A stretch of 64,000 bases of DNA, taken from the NCBI RefSeq assembly GCF_028641065.1, contig NC_073393.1, positions 16,492,001 to 16,556,000 on the forward strand, given 5' to 3'. A program made the position numbers and the translations under genes. Every line of letters begins with the position of its first letter. Position 1 is the stretch's first letter. Below, piece after piece: positions 12,233 to 27,569 of the stretch. This stretch comes from Leucoraja erinacea (Eukaryota). The notes beneath the pieces were generated by a model, which searched no databases, was not told the origin of the DNA, and worked only from the letters and a program-made list of their open reading frames with translations.

Positions 12233-15200
12233 ACTCCATCCAAGGACCCCAACAGTCTTTTCAGGTGAGGCAGAGGTTCACTTGCACCTCCTGCAACCTC
12301 ATCTACTGTATGCGCTGTTCCATGCGTCAACTCGTGCATATCAGCGGGACCAAGCACTGGCTCGGTAATTGTTTCGCTGAACTCCTCCACTCAGTCTGCC
12401 TTAACCAACCTGATCTCCTGGTTGCTCAGCACTTGATCTCCCTGTTGCTCAGCACTTTAACTCCCCCATCCATTCCCAATCTGATCTTTCTGTCCTGGGC
12501 CTCCTCCATTGTCAGAGTGAGGCCCAGCACAAATTGGAGGAACTGCACCTCGTAGTTCGCTTGGGTAGTTTACACCCCAGCGGTTTGAACATTAATTTCT
12601 ATGACTTCAAATAGCCCTTGCTCTCCCTCTATCTCCATCCCCTTTCCCTTCCCAGTTCTCTCACCAGCCTCACTGACTCCGACTACATTCTATCTCTGAA
12701 GAAATGTTTCGACGCAAAACATCACTCATTCCTTCTCTCCAGAGATGCTGCCTGCCCCGCTGAGTTACTCCAGCATTCTATATCTACATTCTATCTTTGT
12801 GCCGCCCACTCCCCTGACATCAGTCTGAAGAAGGGTCTCGACCTGAAATGTCACCTATTTCTTCTCTCCAGAGATTCTGCCTGTCCTGCTATTCCAGTCT
12901 GCCTATTTGTCACGTTTAAACCAACATCTGCAGTTCTTTCCTACAGTAATGGTTTAAGAAGAACGGAATACAAAATCAAAACTTTGATGCTATTCTTAAA
13001 AACATCTGTAGAATTAAGCATTACTGGGCACCACACACTTCAGTTCATTTCAGTGGTGCAGTTTTCTTGAAACTAGAGTCTGGGGTTGTTCTTACTGAGC
13101 AGGGGCAGTTGTGCGGATGTTTTTCAGAAGGTTTTGTTTTTGAGAGGAAATGAATATAGCAACAGGGATGTTGATAACCAGAGATTATGTGTAGTGTAAG
13201 ATAACTGGCGAAAGCGGCTGGGTGAGGGAGAAGGGATTCCAGCGTGTTTTATTTGATTTTTAAATGGAATTGTTTATTTTAAACCCATATTGTACACCAC
13301 CTTACTCCTTCCAGCATCGTCTCTAGATTCTCTAAAGAGTCAAACGCCTTTGTCCTTGGATGAAGAGATGGAAAACATTAATCCTGTGGAATCTCATATG
13401 TCATCAAAGTTTAGAAACCTTGAGCATGAAGTCAAGCCAGACACTCCCATGGTTCCCTCGGTGCAATCACGGCTTCGAAGACTAGCTGAACAGAAGAAAG
13501 AATTGTGTTCTGATGGTATGTGTTGTGCCTTACTTTGAAACAGGATATCTTTGTAAGTTAGGAAGCTAGCTATATCATGTTTATAAATATCATTGTATAA
13601 GCAACAGTGGCACAGCTATTGTAAGAAGATGATTGTAATGACATACACCATCTATTTAGATCTTCTCTCCAATGCACGGTTACCTTCAGACACAAAATAT
13701 GGAATGGCTTCTCCAGCAGAAATGATCAACGCCTGGAAGAATGATCTCATCAGACCAGCTATTAAGAAGGTAATTCAATTGGTCCTTGAATCGTGGCGAT
13801 CTACTGAAAATAACTGTTGTTTTTGGAATACGAGGCTGTCAAGAAGTCTGGTAGAAACATTTGAAATCATGAAAGGAATAAGCAGTTGAACTGTTCTCAT
13901 CAACATAGGTGTTAAGAGCTTGGAGATACAAAGTGGATGTTCCTGCGCTGTTCTATGTGATTGGTGATAGAATCAAAATGACAGTGATTAGCGTGTGGAA
14001 TACAATGCCAGGATTATTTGTGGAGGCCGCTTCAATTGTTTAAAAGAGAAAGCTGTATAAATATCAGAATGTAAAGAATTTAAAGCTGCAGTGTAACTGC
14101 TGGCAGAAACTGAATGGGCCATAATACTGTAACCATGTATTTCTATCAATCAATTGCCCTTGTCAATAACCTAAATGATAATACCATGCCCTTAATTTGG
14201 TTTTCGTCACAAGATATTCTTCTGTCACCCGCACTGGCTGCATCATGGATATTCTTGCCATATTACCTTGCTACTCTTCTCCCTTCTCTGACCATCATGT
14301 CTTGCTACAATCTGGCCATGACATTTTTAAATTGTCTTCTATTTCCGAATTCATCCCAACCCTCCAATTTCCATCTCCAAACTAGCCCTTGCTAATCTGC
14401 ATTCTCCAGTTCTGGTCACTTGACTGTCCTTCTGTTTATTTTAACTGAATCCATCATTAGCAACTGTCTTCAGCTGCAAATGCCTGAAATTCTGGGATCT
14501 CTTCAACCTTCTACCCTACTGCACCAAACAATCATTTTAAACAGTTTAATATCTCTGCCTCTTAAATTATCTTTTCAAGCTTTTAGTGACCTGTTTTGTG
14601 TAGTACCCAGATTTTAAGATTCTTTCAGGTACCCGAGGACGAATTGTTACAATAAAAGCACTAACAATACAAATGGTGCAATCTGCAGTTTGTACATTAG
14701 CAACAAAGCAAATTAATCCCTTGCATATGAACCTTGAGGAATTAAAACTATTTATTGGGATCGGGCAAGTCCCCCAGGCTTGTACACCTGGGATTGCTTT
14801 GTGATGCTTCTCGAGGAATGTTGTTGTACTTCTTACAAATCAATTAACTTTTGAGCTACATACCCGTTAGCATCCCTATTTGTTGCAAAATTCCAAATGA
14901 ACCACATTAAATATTTAGATTTTAACACTCTTTTGTGGAAACAGGCCAGAAAAGAGACTACAGATCAAACCGTCATGCCTTCTATGGATGTGAAAACTTC
15001 ATTAATCTCAAGTAAGTGTGCTCTGCTTGACTTATTGTCTTACTATTATGATATTTTGTAAACATATAGATTGATTACTGGTTTGCATAACCTCTAGTCG
15101 TTCTATAAATATGACCCTGAATTGTGGTTGTACAATTTAATATTACCCCCACTCTGCTGTGCCTGTCTTCAGCCTCTAATACTAATCCATCAATTCCTTA

Positions 15201-18200
15201 ATGGAAGTGCCCTTCATTTTATGATATGGCCCAATACTAAATTCATAATCCAGAAGGTTGTGCTTTAAAAAAAAAAAAAGTTTTATTTATTCATTATTTA
15301 TTTTATGTTACTTGATTGTAAGGAAAATCAATTTTGTTGTCTCTTATGAGATAATAACAATAAATTGAATACAATCCAATCCAATGAATTCAGGTGAGCG
15401 TCCATTCAAGCCTTATCTTGTCTTTCTAGCATTTCTTTTCTCTATTGGATTTTATTTCCAAGCCAAATATTATTTCAATAGATGTGGCCTCTAATTACTT
15501 AGCCTTTGCCATTCTTAGCTAGCTGGTGCATACCACCTGCCACTTTAGTTATTCAATCTTTTCTTGCTGTTCACTATCACTGTCATTCTTTAGGATTTCC
15601 CACACCCTGGCCTCCCCTGTTTCTCTACAACTTTAAAAGCTCCTTATTATTCGTGAATCGCCAATCTTTCCCAGCTCTGAAATGTTGCTAACTTGAACAA
15701 TTAGTTTTGTGTTCAAGGATAATGCCAGATCTCTGTTTCAACCAGTTATTTTTATATTGGACATCAGGCGCACTGTCACATCCTCGTGGAGAATGGGGAG
15801 TCTGGTTTCTGGCTCAAGTTGGAGACAGAAGACCAATTTGTAGCTGTATAGTCCTTGCTATATGGTGATACAGTGCATTCAGAAAGTATTCAGACCCCTT
15901 CACTTTTTCCACATTTTGTTACGTTACATTACAGCCTTATTCTAAAATGGATTAAACTTTTTTTAATCATCAATCTATGGACAATACCCCATAATAAAAA
16001 AAGTGAAAACCGGTGTCTAGAAATTTTTGCAAAGTAATTGAAAAGAAATAACAAATATCACATTTATGTAAGTATTCAGACACTTTACTAAGTACTTTGT
16101 TGAAGGACCTTTGGCAGCGATTACAGCCTCAAGTCATCTTGAGTATGACACTACAAGCTTGGCACACCTGTATTTGGGTAATTTCTGTCATTCTTCTCTG
16201 CAAATTCCCTCAAGCTCTGTCAGGTTGGATGGGGAGCATCGATGCACAGCTATTTTCAGGTCCCTCCAGAGATGTTCGATCGGGTTCAAGTCCGGGCTCT
16301 GGCTGGGCCACTCAAAAGACATTTCCAGACTTGTCACTTAGCCACTACTGCGTTGTCTTGGCTGTGTGCTTAGGGTCGTTATCCTGTTGGCAGGTGAACC
16401 TCCGCCCCAGTCTGAGGTCCAGAACGCTCTGGAGCAGGTTTTCATCAAGGATCTCTCTGTACTTTGCTCCGTTCATCTTTCCCTCTATCCTGACTAGTCT
16501 CCCAGTTCCTGCCGCTGAAAAACATCCCCAGGGCATGATGCTGCCACCACCATGCTTCACCGTAGGTATGGTATTGGCCAGGTTTACAGGTGCCTGGTTT
16601 ACAGCCATGATCATATTGAATGGCAGTGCAGGCTCGAAGGGCTGAATGGCCTACTCCTGCTTCTCTATGTTAGACCAAAGAGTTCAATCGTGGTTTCATC
16701 AGACCAGAGAATCTTGTTTCTCATGTTCTGAGAGTCCTTTAAGTGCCTTTTGGCAAACTCCAAGCGGGCTGTCATGTGCCTCTTACTGAGGAGTGGCTTC
16801 CGTCCGGCCGCTCTACCATAAAGGCTGGATTGGTGGAGTGCTACAGACAATATCTATGTCCTCGTCTGCTTTACTCTCTGTAAAAGTGTACAGAGATATG
16901 AAGTCCTGGCCAAAATGTATCCCCTGACCAATCTTAAGAAACTAGCTATTGATCTTGCTTTGGGCATGATATTGCATGTATATACATCTATAATGTGATT
17001 TTGTTAAATAAGTAAGTTTATTGGCCAAGTATTCACATACAAGGAATTTGCCTTGGTGCTCCACCCACAACTAACAACGTGTCATACAGTGACAGTTACA
17101 AATGGCTCAGAAAACACTAAACATTAATAATAATAAAACATTAATTGTTGTTGCTCTACTCAACAGCCAAAAATCTGTAGCCTGCCTTTGATCTGGTATT
17201 TTGTTGGTTCACATGCTTGATCAATGGTGTTTTATCAATTCAATTCAATTCAACTTTAATGTCATCACACAAATACAAGTATGAGTACAACGAGATGCAA
17301 AACTGCATTTTGTTGTACTCGTACTTGTATTTGTGCGATGACATTAAAGTTGAATTGAATTGAATTGATAAAACACCATTGATCAAGCATGTGAACCAAC
17401 AAAATACCAGATCAAAGGCAGGCTACAGATTTTTGGCTGTTGAGTAGAGCAACTACTCGTGGATGAAAGCTATTTTTATGTCTGGCTGTGGCAGCTTTGA
17501 CAGTCCGGAGTCGCCTTCCAGAGTCGAGTTCCAGAGGGAAGTGATTCAAAGAGTTTGTGGCCAGGGTGAGAGGGGTCAGAGATGATTTTGCCCGCTTGCT
17601 TCCTGGCCCTTGCAGTGTACCATCAATGGAGGGAAGGTTGCAGCCAATAATCTTCTCTGCTGATCGGACGATTCGCTGCAGCCTCCATGTGTCGTGCTTG
17701 GAGACTGAGCCAAACCAGACCATGATGAAGAAAGTGAGAACAGACTCTACGATGGCCGTGTACAATTCGACCATCGTTGTCTGTGGCAGATTGTGCTTCC
17801 TCAGCTGCCGCAGGAAGTACATCCTCTGTTGTGCCTTTTTGACTGTGGAGTCGATGGTAACCCCCCACTTAAGGTCCTTGGAGATTATGGTTCCCAGGAA
17901 CTTAAATGCTAAGGCAATGGAGGCAATGTAAAAATATTAGCTAAGCATTTTATAGTTCTGGATTGGATACATAACTTTTAGGAGTAGCAGATGGAGATCA
18001 TTTACCGGCAGTGTAGCTTGTTCTGGCTAGTTATCATTTTTTGTATACAACCCAATGAAGTTAAGCTATGAAATTAAAAAAAATACTTCCAGATCATGTG
18101 AATAAAGACCACTTTTTAATCAATTATAATCTATTCTTTCTTTATTGAAATACAGGTAGCATTGTTGTGCAAGCAGTTCGAGACAAATTTGAAGAGATGA

Positions 18201-21200
18201 ATCATGAGAAACAGAACCAAGGACAAATGGGAAACTTCCTCAGCCCTGAAGTAACTCCAAATACCAAAGCCATTCAGGCAATGCTGTTTCAGAACTCTAC
18301 TCCCAGTGCCTCTCATGTTATTCGGATAAAAAGGGTAAACTTCATATCTTGATTTATTAACACAAATGTAAACCGGCTTAATGAACCACAACTTGAATAA
18401 GTGTTTGAATTGCAGAATTCCCAAATTTGGGATTGGACCCATGAAGGAATAACTGAGGAGGTAAATAAAGGAAAGGTTAAACATGGTTATTTTTGATGGT
18501 GAAGAATTAAGCAAGGCTGAGTGATGTGAATGATAATGTGTACAATAAGACTTTAATAATCTGCTATCTGAATACTTTGAAACCCTGATGGTTTGGCATC
18601 TAGCTCACAGGAACTATGGTTCCTGCACTTGCTTTAAAGTAGGTTCCTCGGAAATTTTATTCTAATACCGAATTCCTTTTTGTACATTGTGTGTTGGGGT
18701 AATAAAAGAAACAACATCCAATAGTCCGGCATTACCAAAATCCCGAGATTGCTAAATTAACAGACTTTTCTTGCAACAAGCTAGCAGTAGCTTGCCTTTA
18801 CCTGAACTTGGGAAATGCAATGTTATTGAAGCTCAAAAGAAACTATTATGGGATTGAGATGAACTGGAGTTCCGTTTTGGCGAGAACAGACAAGGTGGTA
18901 GTTGGATGACTTGCTTGCTAACTTTGAGATGGGATTGATTTGGAGTGAGCCAGACTTTGTCAAATGGAGCTGAGATGCCTGGTATTGCAAGTCTTGCTCG
19001 AAGCGATGAATGAGGGTGTTGATGAAATGATCTTAACTTTTTTTGAGGAATTGGGTGAGATTGTGGACTGCTTTGTCTTCTGACTTTTTTTAAAAAGCTG
19101 TTAATTGAGCAGGCGAAGTAAACTTGAATGGAAATTTTAACTAGAATCTTTTTGATGCAAGCCTTTTTAACTAGCAAATGAATGAGAAAATTCTAACAAA
19201 ACATTGATTGAAATGAATTTAAGTTTATCAATTAAGGTAAGACTGAGTACAGTGATATCACAATTTTATGGAAAGTTGTAACTTTTATAGAAAATTGGAC
19301 TAAACGTTGTGGATAAATTGAAAGGCTGACTTCAGAAGATGATAAACGTTAAAAATTTGAGGATTGTAATGGAATGACTACAACTCCAAAAAGAGTGAGC
19401 AATAACTGAAGAGCGATTGTTGGGACAAGAAAAGTTGGACAATCAATACAACTCTTCAGGATGAGACTTGCTGACTCGCCGTTTTTTTTTTTTGAGGGCA
19501 TGGTGGCTATTTATGCACCAGTCCTGGAGTTGAACAGATGCATGGACAGTCGGCATGCATTGATCAGCAGATGGCACAGCAGCAGACTGACGCTGTACTG
19601 TCAAGGCAATCTGAAGTGTAATGCTGAAGAACCGTTCATTTTGATGGCAATTCCAGACCTGAGAGAGTGACAATATTTTTTATTTGTTTTTGATTTTTTT
19701 GCAACATCAATTTTAATAACAATAAAAACAAATCAGATTCAGATTCAATTTTAATTGTCATTGTCAGTGTACAGTACAGAGACAACGAAATGCAAATAAT
19801 TTCATCTAGTGTCAAAGATATTTAAAATGCCTCTTAGGTGAAAAAGTTCTGCCCTCTGCTTTGCCTTCTGTCCAAAACCTTATACCATGTTTGGGCTGGG
19901 TCTTTGCAGTATGTCCCCTGGGTCTCATTTACCGCCTGATTACATGGTGTGAGGATCAATAGTAATTCCCTGCAGCCAGCCCAGGGAAATTGCCCAGGCT
20001 CTGGTGCTTTTGAATTTTGATGATATTTTGTACAAATTATCAAGTGGACGGTTCAACTAAGTAGGAGTGTTCTGTTTGGAAATTTTTTTTACTTTTAAAG
20101 TTAGTCATACTTGTTCATGGGTGTACGTTTTTATTACATTTCTAACACTGACACTAAAGATTTTTATAGATGGGAGTCTTGCGGTGTACAACGGTGTGCA
20201 TTATGTAGTTCTTGGCTCGATGTCTGCTTTTTTTTTTTTTTTTTTTTCTTTGCTTGCCATACTAGTCATTTAATGGGCCCATATTAACTAGAGCCTATTG
20301 TCAAAGGACAAAAAAAAACATATACATTGTACGTGCTACATTTTCCCTGCTGATTTCATTTGTGAATGCTGAGTCAAAGAACTGCTCTTCTGTCATCCCC
20401 TAGTTATCCCCTAAGAATAGGTAACGTGCAAAATTCAATGTAAACTTTTTTTCCTCTTGGTAATATGTCGTGTGTTTTGAAAGCAAGACCAGGATTAATT
20501 GGCATCTTGTAATGTAAAAGATTACTTATTTGCTTGCTGTTTGTTCTTTGCTGAACATGGGGTGGTGGATGGGTTTCTGATTCTATGCATTGACACCTTG
20601 GCTTTCCTGTCTCTAGGAGCGCGAGCGGGAGCTAGCAATGCTTCGGGGCAAGACTGAGGGGAAGAATCCTTGGGTAAAAAAGAAAACATCCAGGACCTGC
20701 ACAGGAAGTGAGGAAACTCTTGAGGTAAGGGACAATGAACTTTATTCCCTCTAGAAGAATATAGGTGGGGGATGTTATTCAACAGAATTGTTTTCCCCAC
20801 TGGTATTTCCACTTTCAATGGTTCAGTCATTATTTGTCAACCTGATGAGGCTTCAATGGCACTGCTAGTGATGAGCAGTAAGTGTTCACCACAGCAGCGC
20901 ACACACACACACTATTGCTGTTGCTGTTGCATCCTGTTATGAATGGCAGAGGCCTGTTTAACCAAAGGAGCCAGTTCCCCTTGATTATCTTCCTCGTCAA
21001 TGCTATATTCCAGCACATATGCAAAAATTGAAGCAAAAACATTGCCGATGCTTGAGTGCATTCCAGTAAATGATTGTTTTCAACCTTGTGAGGATTCTCC
21101 CTTCTCAAGCCAGTTATCTTAAGCCAGGCCAGTTATCTTGAGCCATCCCAGTGCCAAGAAATGTGTAATTGCATTGGATGCAAAAAAGCCTTAGGACTAT

Positions 21201-24200
21201 CCATGTCTCATCAGATGGGCTGGCACACCCACAGCTCCTGGCATCTAGCTTGTAATGTGGGGAATTGTACAAGCATGTCTTTGATATAACAAATAAAGCA
21301 AGCAGACAAATATCTGGTTACTCAACTGAGCTCAAAAGTAAGAAGGGTTTAAGCACTCTAATGGGATTGTACTATAGGCCCCCCAATAGCCAGTGGGAGA
21401 CAGAGGAACTGATATGTAGACATCTTACCAAAATATACCAAAGCATTATCGCTGTCTTATCGGGTGACATTAACTTCCCCATTATTGACTGGGACTTGCT
21501 CAGCCGAAGGCTTGGAGGAGGTAGAATTTAAGTGCATCCAAGAAGGGTTCCCGAAACAGTATGTAGATAGATATCCCAAGAAGAGAATATACTGGACCTA
21601 GTGTTGGGAAATTGATCTGACCAGGTCAATGGTGTTTTATTCAAAGAGCATATTGGGGACCTTGTGGGAAGGTACTAAAATGGAGTAAGGCAAATTACAA
21701 TGTTATTGGGCAAGAGCTTGGGAGGGTGTGTTGGAAGCATTTGTTCTGGGGTAAGTATACTTCTGGCATGGGAGTTGTTTAAATGGCAGTTGAACAAACT
21801 TCAGGGCCGGCATGTTCCAGTAAGGAGACGAGATAAGGCTGGCAAAGTACTGGAAACTTTGGATGAACAAAGGGTTGTAAATTTGTTCAAAAAGACAAAG
21901 GAAGCAAATTCAAGGTTTAAGAAGATAAATAAAGTGGGGCTTTTAAGGATATAAAGCCAGAAGGAAAGAACTCAAGCAGGTGATTAAAAGGGGGCCATGG
22001 ATGACTTTGAGTCAGATTAAAGAAAATCCCAACACCTTTTGTACAACAAATACAAAAGGGCAGAATGATGGAATGATTGTAGGTCAATTGATTGAAACAT
22101 CAGTTACCTGGCCAGATCAGATTGGCAGGCAGTGGTGAGTGGAGTGCCGCAACTATTCACAATATATTAATGATTTAGATGATGGAATTAAAAGTAACAC
22201 TAGCAAATTTGCAGATTACACAAAGCTGGGTTACAGTGTGAACTGCGAAGAGGATGCTAGGAGGTTAATGTAGATAAATGTAAGGTTATCCACTTTGGTG
22301 GCAAGAACAAGGAAGCAGATTATTATCTCAATGGTGTCAGATTAAGAAATGGGAAGTGCAACGAGACCTGGGTGTCCTTGTACACCAGTCACTGAAAGTA
22401 AACATGCAGGTACACCAGGCAGTGAAGAATGTTAATGGCATGTTGGCCTTCATAACGAGAGGATTTGAGTATAGGAGTAAAGAGGTCCCTCTGCAATTGT
22501 ACAGGGCCCTGGTGAGACCACATCTGGAGTATTGCGTGCAGTTTTGGTCTAATTTGAGGAAGGACATCCTTGCTATTGAGGTAGTGCAGCGTAGGTTCAT
22601 GAGGTTAATCCCTGGGATGGCGAGTGTCATGAGGAAAGATTGGAGAGGCTGGGCTTGTATTCACTGGAATTTAGAAGGATAAGAGGGCATCTTATAGAAA
22701 CATGAAATAAAAGGACAGGATAAGCTAGATGCAGGAAAAATGTTCCCAATGTTGGGGAAGTCCAGAATCGGGGGCCACAGTCTAAGAATAATGGGGAGGC
22801 CATTTAAAACTGAGATGAGAAAAAAAAATTCTCACAGTTGTGAATTTGTGGAATTCTCTGCCACAGAAGGCAGTAGAGGCCAATTCACTGGATGAATTTA
22901 AAAGAGTTAGATCTCTTGGGACTAGCGGAATCGAGGGATATGGGGAGGAGGCAGGCTCGGGTTACTGATTGTGGATGTTCAGCCATGATCTCAATGAATG
23001 GCAGTGCTGGCTCGAAGGGTCAAATGGCCTCCTCCTGCACCTATTTTCTATGTAATCTGAAGTACAAAAAAAAATTGTGTTACAACTAAAGTGTGGAATT
23101 AAAAGTAGTATTATGTGGCGATCCCTCTGCGAAGTGGGTGTGAAATGACATTGGTTTAGAAGTCTGATGGGAGTGGCAAAAGGCTGTTCTTAAGTCTTGA
23201 AGTCCAAGCTCCTGTATCTTCTCCCAGGAGGCAGAAGAGAGAAAAGCGAATAGCCAGGGTGGCAGGTGTAATTGAGAATACTTCAAGCCTTCCTGATGCA
23301 ATACACTGTAAGAATGGATTGGATGGGAGGAACTGATGAGCCCGTGATGGACTGGCTTGTGCTCGCTATTCTCCAAGTTAGGGGTGTTGAGAGCAGAACA
23401 GTTGCCACACAACAGATGCACCTCGTCAGAATACACTCCATGGAGTATCTGCAGAAGTTTGAGTGTTCTCATGGACATGCAAAACCTCGGACACTTAAGA
23501 AAGTAAATGTGTTGATGCAATTTTTGATCACTATATCAGTGGTGAAGGTATCAGATTAGGTTGCTGGCGATGTGGATGCTTTAGAATTTGCAGCTGTTGA
23601 CCATCTCTATTTAAGCTTGTTGATGAGGGCAGCTTTGTGTTCGCTTTCTGGATCAACAACCAACCTGTTTCAACTTGCTGACATAGAAAGCTATGTTGTT
23701 GTCTTGACACCATGTCACAGGATTCTCCATCTCCTGTATTTCATCTCATCGTTGTTATTCCTGATAGTTCTACGCTGATGATCATCTGTGTCTAAATGCT
23801 TTTCTATCGTGTTCAACTGCATTGCCTTGTGAGTGGTGAGAATGGGGTACTGATTGTGGATGATCAGCCATGATCACATTGACCTGCACCTATTTTCTAT
23901 GTGTATCATTAATTTAAGGTATTGCTGAAATAGGTGATACTGTGCCTCCCATAAAATCACAAATTTTGTTGATTCTTTCCTCAAAAGGAGATTACAGTAC
24001 AACAGACAGAGATGAAAGAAGGCAAAGAATCGCAAGTGGACATGTTTCCTGGCAATTATACCACTTTGGGGTTTAAGTTCACTCCAAATGATGAGGAAAT
24101 CCTACATATTACTGAAGACAAAGGTAAGATTTGTGTTGAAACAAGGAACTGCAGATGTTGGTTTACAAAAGAGTTTTGTGTTCTTGCTTGTTGCATGCTG

Positions 24201-27200
24201 TCAGCGATGACAACACCTCTGCATAGTGTCTGCCTTGCTTAACTGCACCGCCACAATCAAGCTACAAACTGAAATTTTAGCTCTGCTTCATAGAAAATAG
24301 GTGCTGGAGTAGGCCATTTGGCCCTTTGAGCCAGCATCGCCATTCAATATGAACTTGGCTGATCATCCAAAATCAGTTCCCCGTTCTGGCTTTTTCCCCC
24401 ATATCCCTCGATTCCTTTAGCCCTAAGAGCTAAATCTAACTCTCTCTTGAAAACATCCAGTAAATTGGCCTCCACTGCCTTTGTGGCAGAGAATTCCACA
24501 GATTCACAACTCTCTGGGTCATATGCTCTTGTGTTACTAATTCTGATTTTTCTTTTTAATTGAATTTTGAAAGTGACGAGAGCTTGTTTTTAACTACAGG
24601 ACCCACCATTTGATGTGTTGGCTTTACAGTCAATTACATTTTTGTTTCTTCCATATTTTTGAATTAAACATAATGGGAATAAATGTTAACACTCTGTTTC
24701 TTCCCGACTCACTGTCCCTATCTATCACTGAAGTATTTAGATGCACATCTGAATAAAAATGCACATTATAATTAACTTTATACCTCCGATTTAACTGCAA
24801 TTTTGCTTTCCTCCCGTAACATGTAACCCTTGCAAAATGTGTTCATCCCAAACTAGGTGACGGCAAGGGAAAAGAACCCATGGATTGGTCTACTCCCCTA
24901 AAGAAGGTCACCTTTGCATTAGAGCCACAAACTATTCCATCGTCAGAATATATAGAAACTGACAGTGATGAAAAGTGCATCTCTGAGATCGGTATGAGAA
25001 CATTGTTGTGGCCACTTGAAATTATCAGATGCAATTTATTTCTGTATATAGTTGCAGTTTGAGGAATGAAGATGCCTCTACAAGTAGAAATATTCCTCTT
25101 TTTGATGCTCTTTTATAAATGGGATATAGAGTCATACAGCATTGAAACATGCCCGTTGGAACAACTCGTCCTTGACGACCAAGATGCTCCATCCAAGCTA
25201 GTCCAATTTGTTAGCATTTGGTCCATATCACTCTAAATGTTTCCTATCCATAAGTGTCCTTTCAATTATGTTATAGCACCTGCCTCAATTACAGTACCTT
25301 ATCTGGTCGCTTTTCCATTTACTCATCTCCCTTTGAGTGTAAAAGCTGTCCCTCGGGTTCAATTTAAATCTTTACTCTCAACTTAAACCTGTGTCCTCTG
25401 GTTCATTATTCCTCTACTCTGGGTAAAGGACTCGGCTTTCACCCTATCTATTCCCTTCATGATTTTATACACTTCAATAAGATCACCCCTCAGTCTCCTG
25501 CACTCCAAGGAATAAAGTCCTAGCCTGCGCAACCCATCCCTGTAGCTTGACTACTGGCAATATCCAACTTAATGACATCCTTTCTAAAGTAGAGTGACCA
25601 AACTGAACACAATACTCCAAATGCGGTCTCACGAATGTCTTGTACAACTTTAATATTATATATCCTAATGTCTATGCTCAGTATTCTGACTAATGAAGAC
25701 CAACATACCAAAAACCACCTTTACCACCCATCAACCCGTGACACTACTTTCAAGGAACCATTTACCTGTGCTGTGTAGGAAAGAACTGCAAATGCTGGTT
25801 TAAATCGAAGGTAGACACAATGCTGGAGTAACTCAGCAGGACAGGCAGAATCTCTGGAGAGAAGGAATGGGTGATGTTTCGGGTCAAGACCATTTACCCG
25901 TACTCATAGATTCCTCTGTTCTGCAACACTTTCCAGGGCCCTACCATTCACTGTGAAGGTAGTTTAACTACCCTGGGATTACTTCCAAAAATGCAACACC
26001 TCATTTATATGCATTAAACTCAGAGCTATCCCTCGGCCCACTTGCCCAACTGATCAAAATTCTGCTGTAATTTTTTATGGTTATCTTCATTGTCTACGAT
26101 TTCACCTATTTTAATGACGTCTGCAAACTTGAGGCGCACTACTTGTCACATGCCTCTATCCGACAAACAACCTTCCACCAGCATCCTCTGCTTCCTTCTC
26201 TTCAGCCCATTTTGTATCTAGTTTGCAGCTCTCGCCGGATTCCATGTGATCTAACCTATAGCAGCCTAATAGGTCTTGTTGAAGTCCATAAAGGTGACAT
26301 CTATGACCTTGTCCTTGTCAACCTTCTTGTTACTAATTCAAAAAAACTTGTTATCAAATTATTAATCTACGATCTCCCAAGTAGAAAACCATGCTGACTA
26401 ATCAGCCCCTATCTATCCAAATATGCATATCTTATCCCCAGAATCTTTGCATGTATGCATCGCTTGACTAGTTCGCTTTGCCGCATCATATAGACTTTGC
26501 TGACCTGCAGATTTGTAAAAGATTGTGCTGAAGGATGCTAAAATTGTTCAGCCTTGTTTTAACCCTTTCTGTGAATGGAATTTTGCAGTAATCTAAAAGA
26601 GACATATTTTGTACCAATACATTTGCTTTGCCATGCATCCAAGTAGAGGCTTTATTTCTCTCTCAGAATTGGAATCGTCCTCTCAGGAAGAGCTAAATAA
26701 CTCTGAAATAATTGATGAGCTGTTTAAAGACGTGCTTGACATGGATGATGTAAAGGAAGAAATAGAACATGAAGCTGAGGCTGAAGACCGCATGGTGGTA
26801 GAGTTGGATAAACCTGAAACTGAGGAGCAGAGTGATGAGGCAAAATCTGAAAATGAGGTAAAAGAAAAAAAAGATGAGCTGACTCTTCCCAGAATAGCTG
26901 TGGTGTCTCCACTTGCCAAATCAATCAAATTAGATGCCATGGCTCCTTTGGTAAGTACTCTAAGACCTTCACGTGTCGTACTATTTGTTGTTAGTTTGAC
27001 CGCTTTTTAATTGACTTAAGTGTGGATTGTGAAATGGTCTAACTTGCCTAGATATCTACAAAAATAACTTATTTTCTGCTTTTTGCACTCCCGAGTTCAT
27101 GATTTTTTTTAAATATTGGAAAAACTGCAGGCTGTCTGCTAATCTACAGAGGACTAAGCAGTAACTGTCTCAATTACATTGTGACGGATGAGATCTTTTA

Positions 27201-27528
27201 GTTAACATATAATTGTAAATAATCAGTCCATTCAAGTGGTTCTGAATTCCAGAGGATTGAACTATAGTGAAGCACTTTTTCAAAAAGAAAATTGCATGTC
27301 TAGTTATGATCTTACCAAATTATGGAGATAGCTTGAGGGGCTGTGAGAACTACTATGGTCATTAATATATTGTTATAGTTATTTAAATTAAACTACAGTG
27401 TAAATTCAGACCATATACTGCTAGATGCCTGCTCCAAGTTTCCAGAATTTTCGGTAGTTTTACCTCTCGGCCTGTTTTGCCATACTATCATTCTGAACAT
27501 TTCCTATTACAAATCATTCAGAAGAAAA

Positions 27529-27569
<41 letters not shown>

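Noticed and set aside
14945-15011. Alternative reading frame ([11 protein letters not shown]..) for this exon
   Set aside because: Including exon 13660-13769 gives a consistent phase with the strongest downstream acceptor and an anillin-like sequence.
16097-16645. 182-aa + strand ORF
   Set aside because: Antisense shadow of the Tc1 transposase remnant.
18830-19480. Possible extra anillin exons
   Set aside because: Frames are closed by stops, flanking exons already join in phase with anillin-like continuity, and it looks like a decayed LINE fragment.
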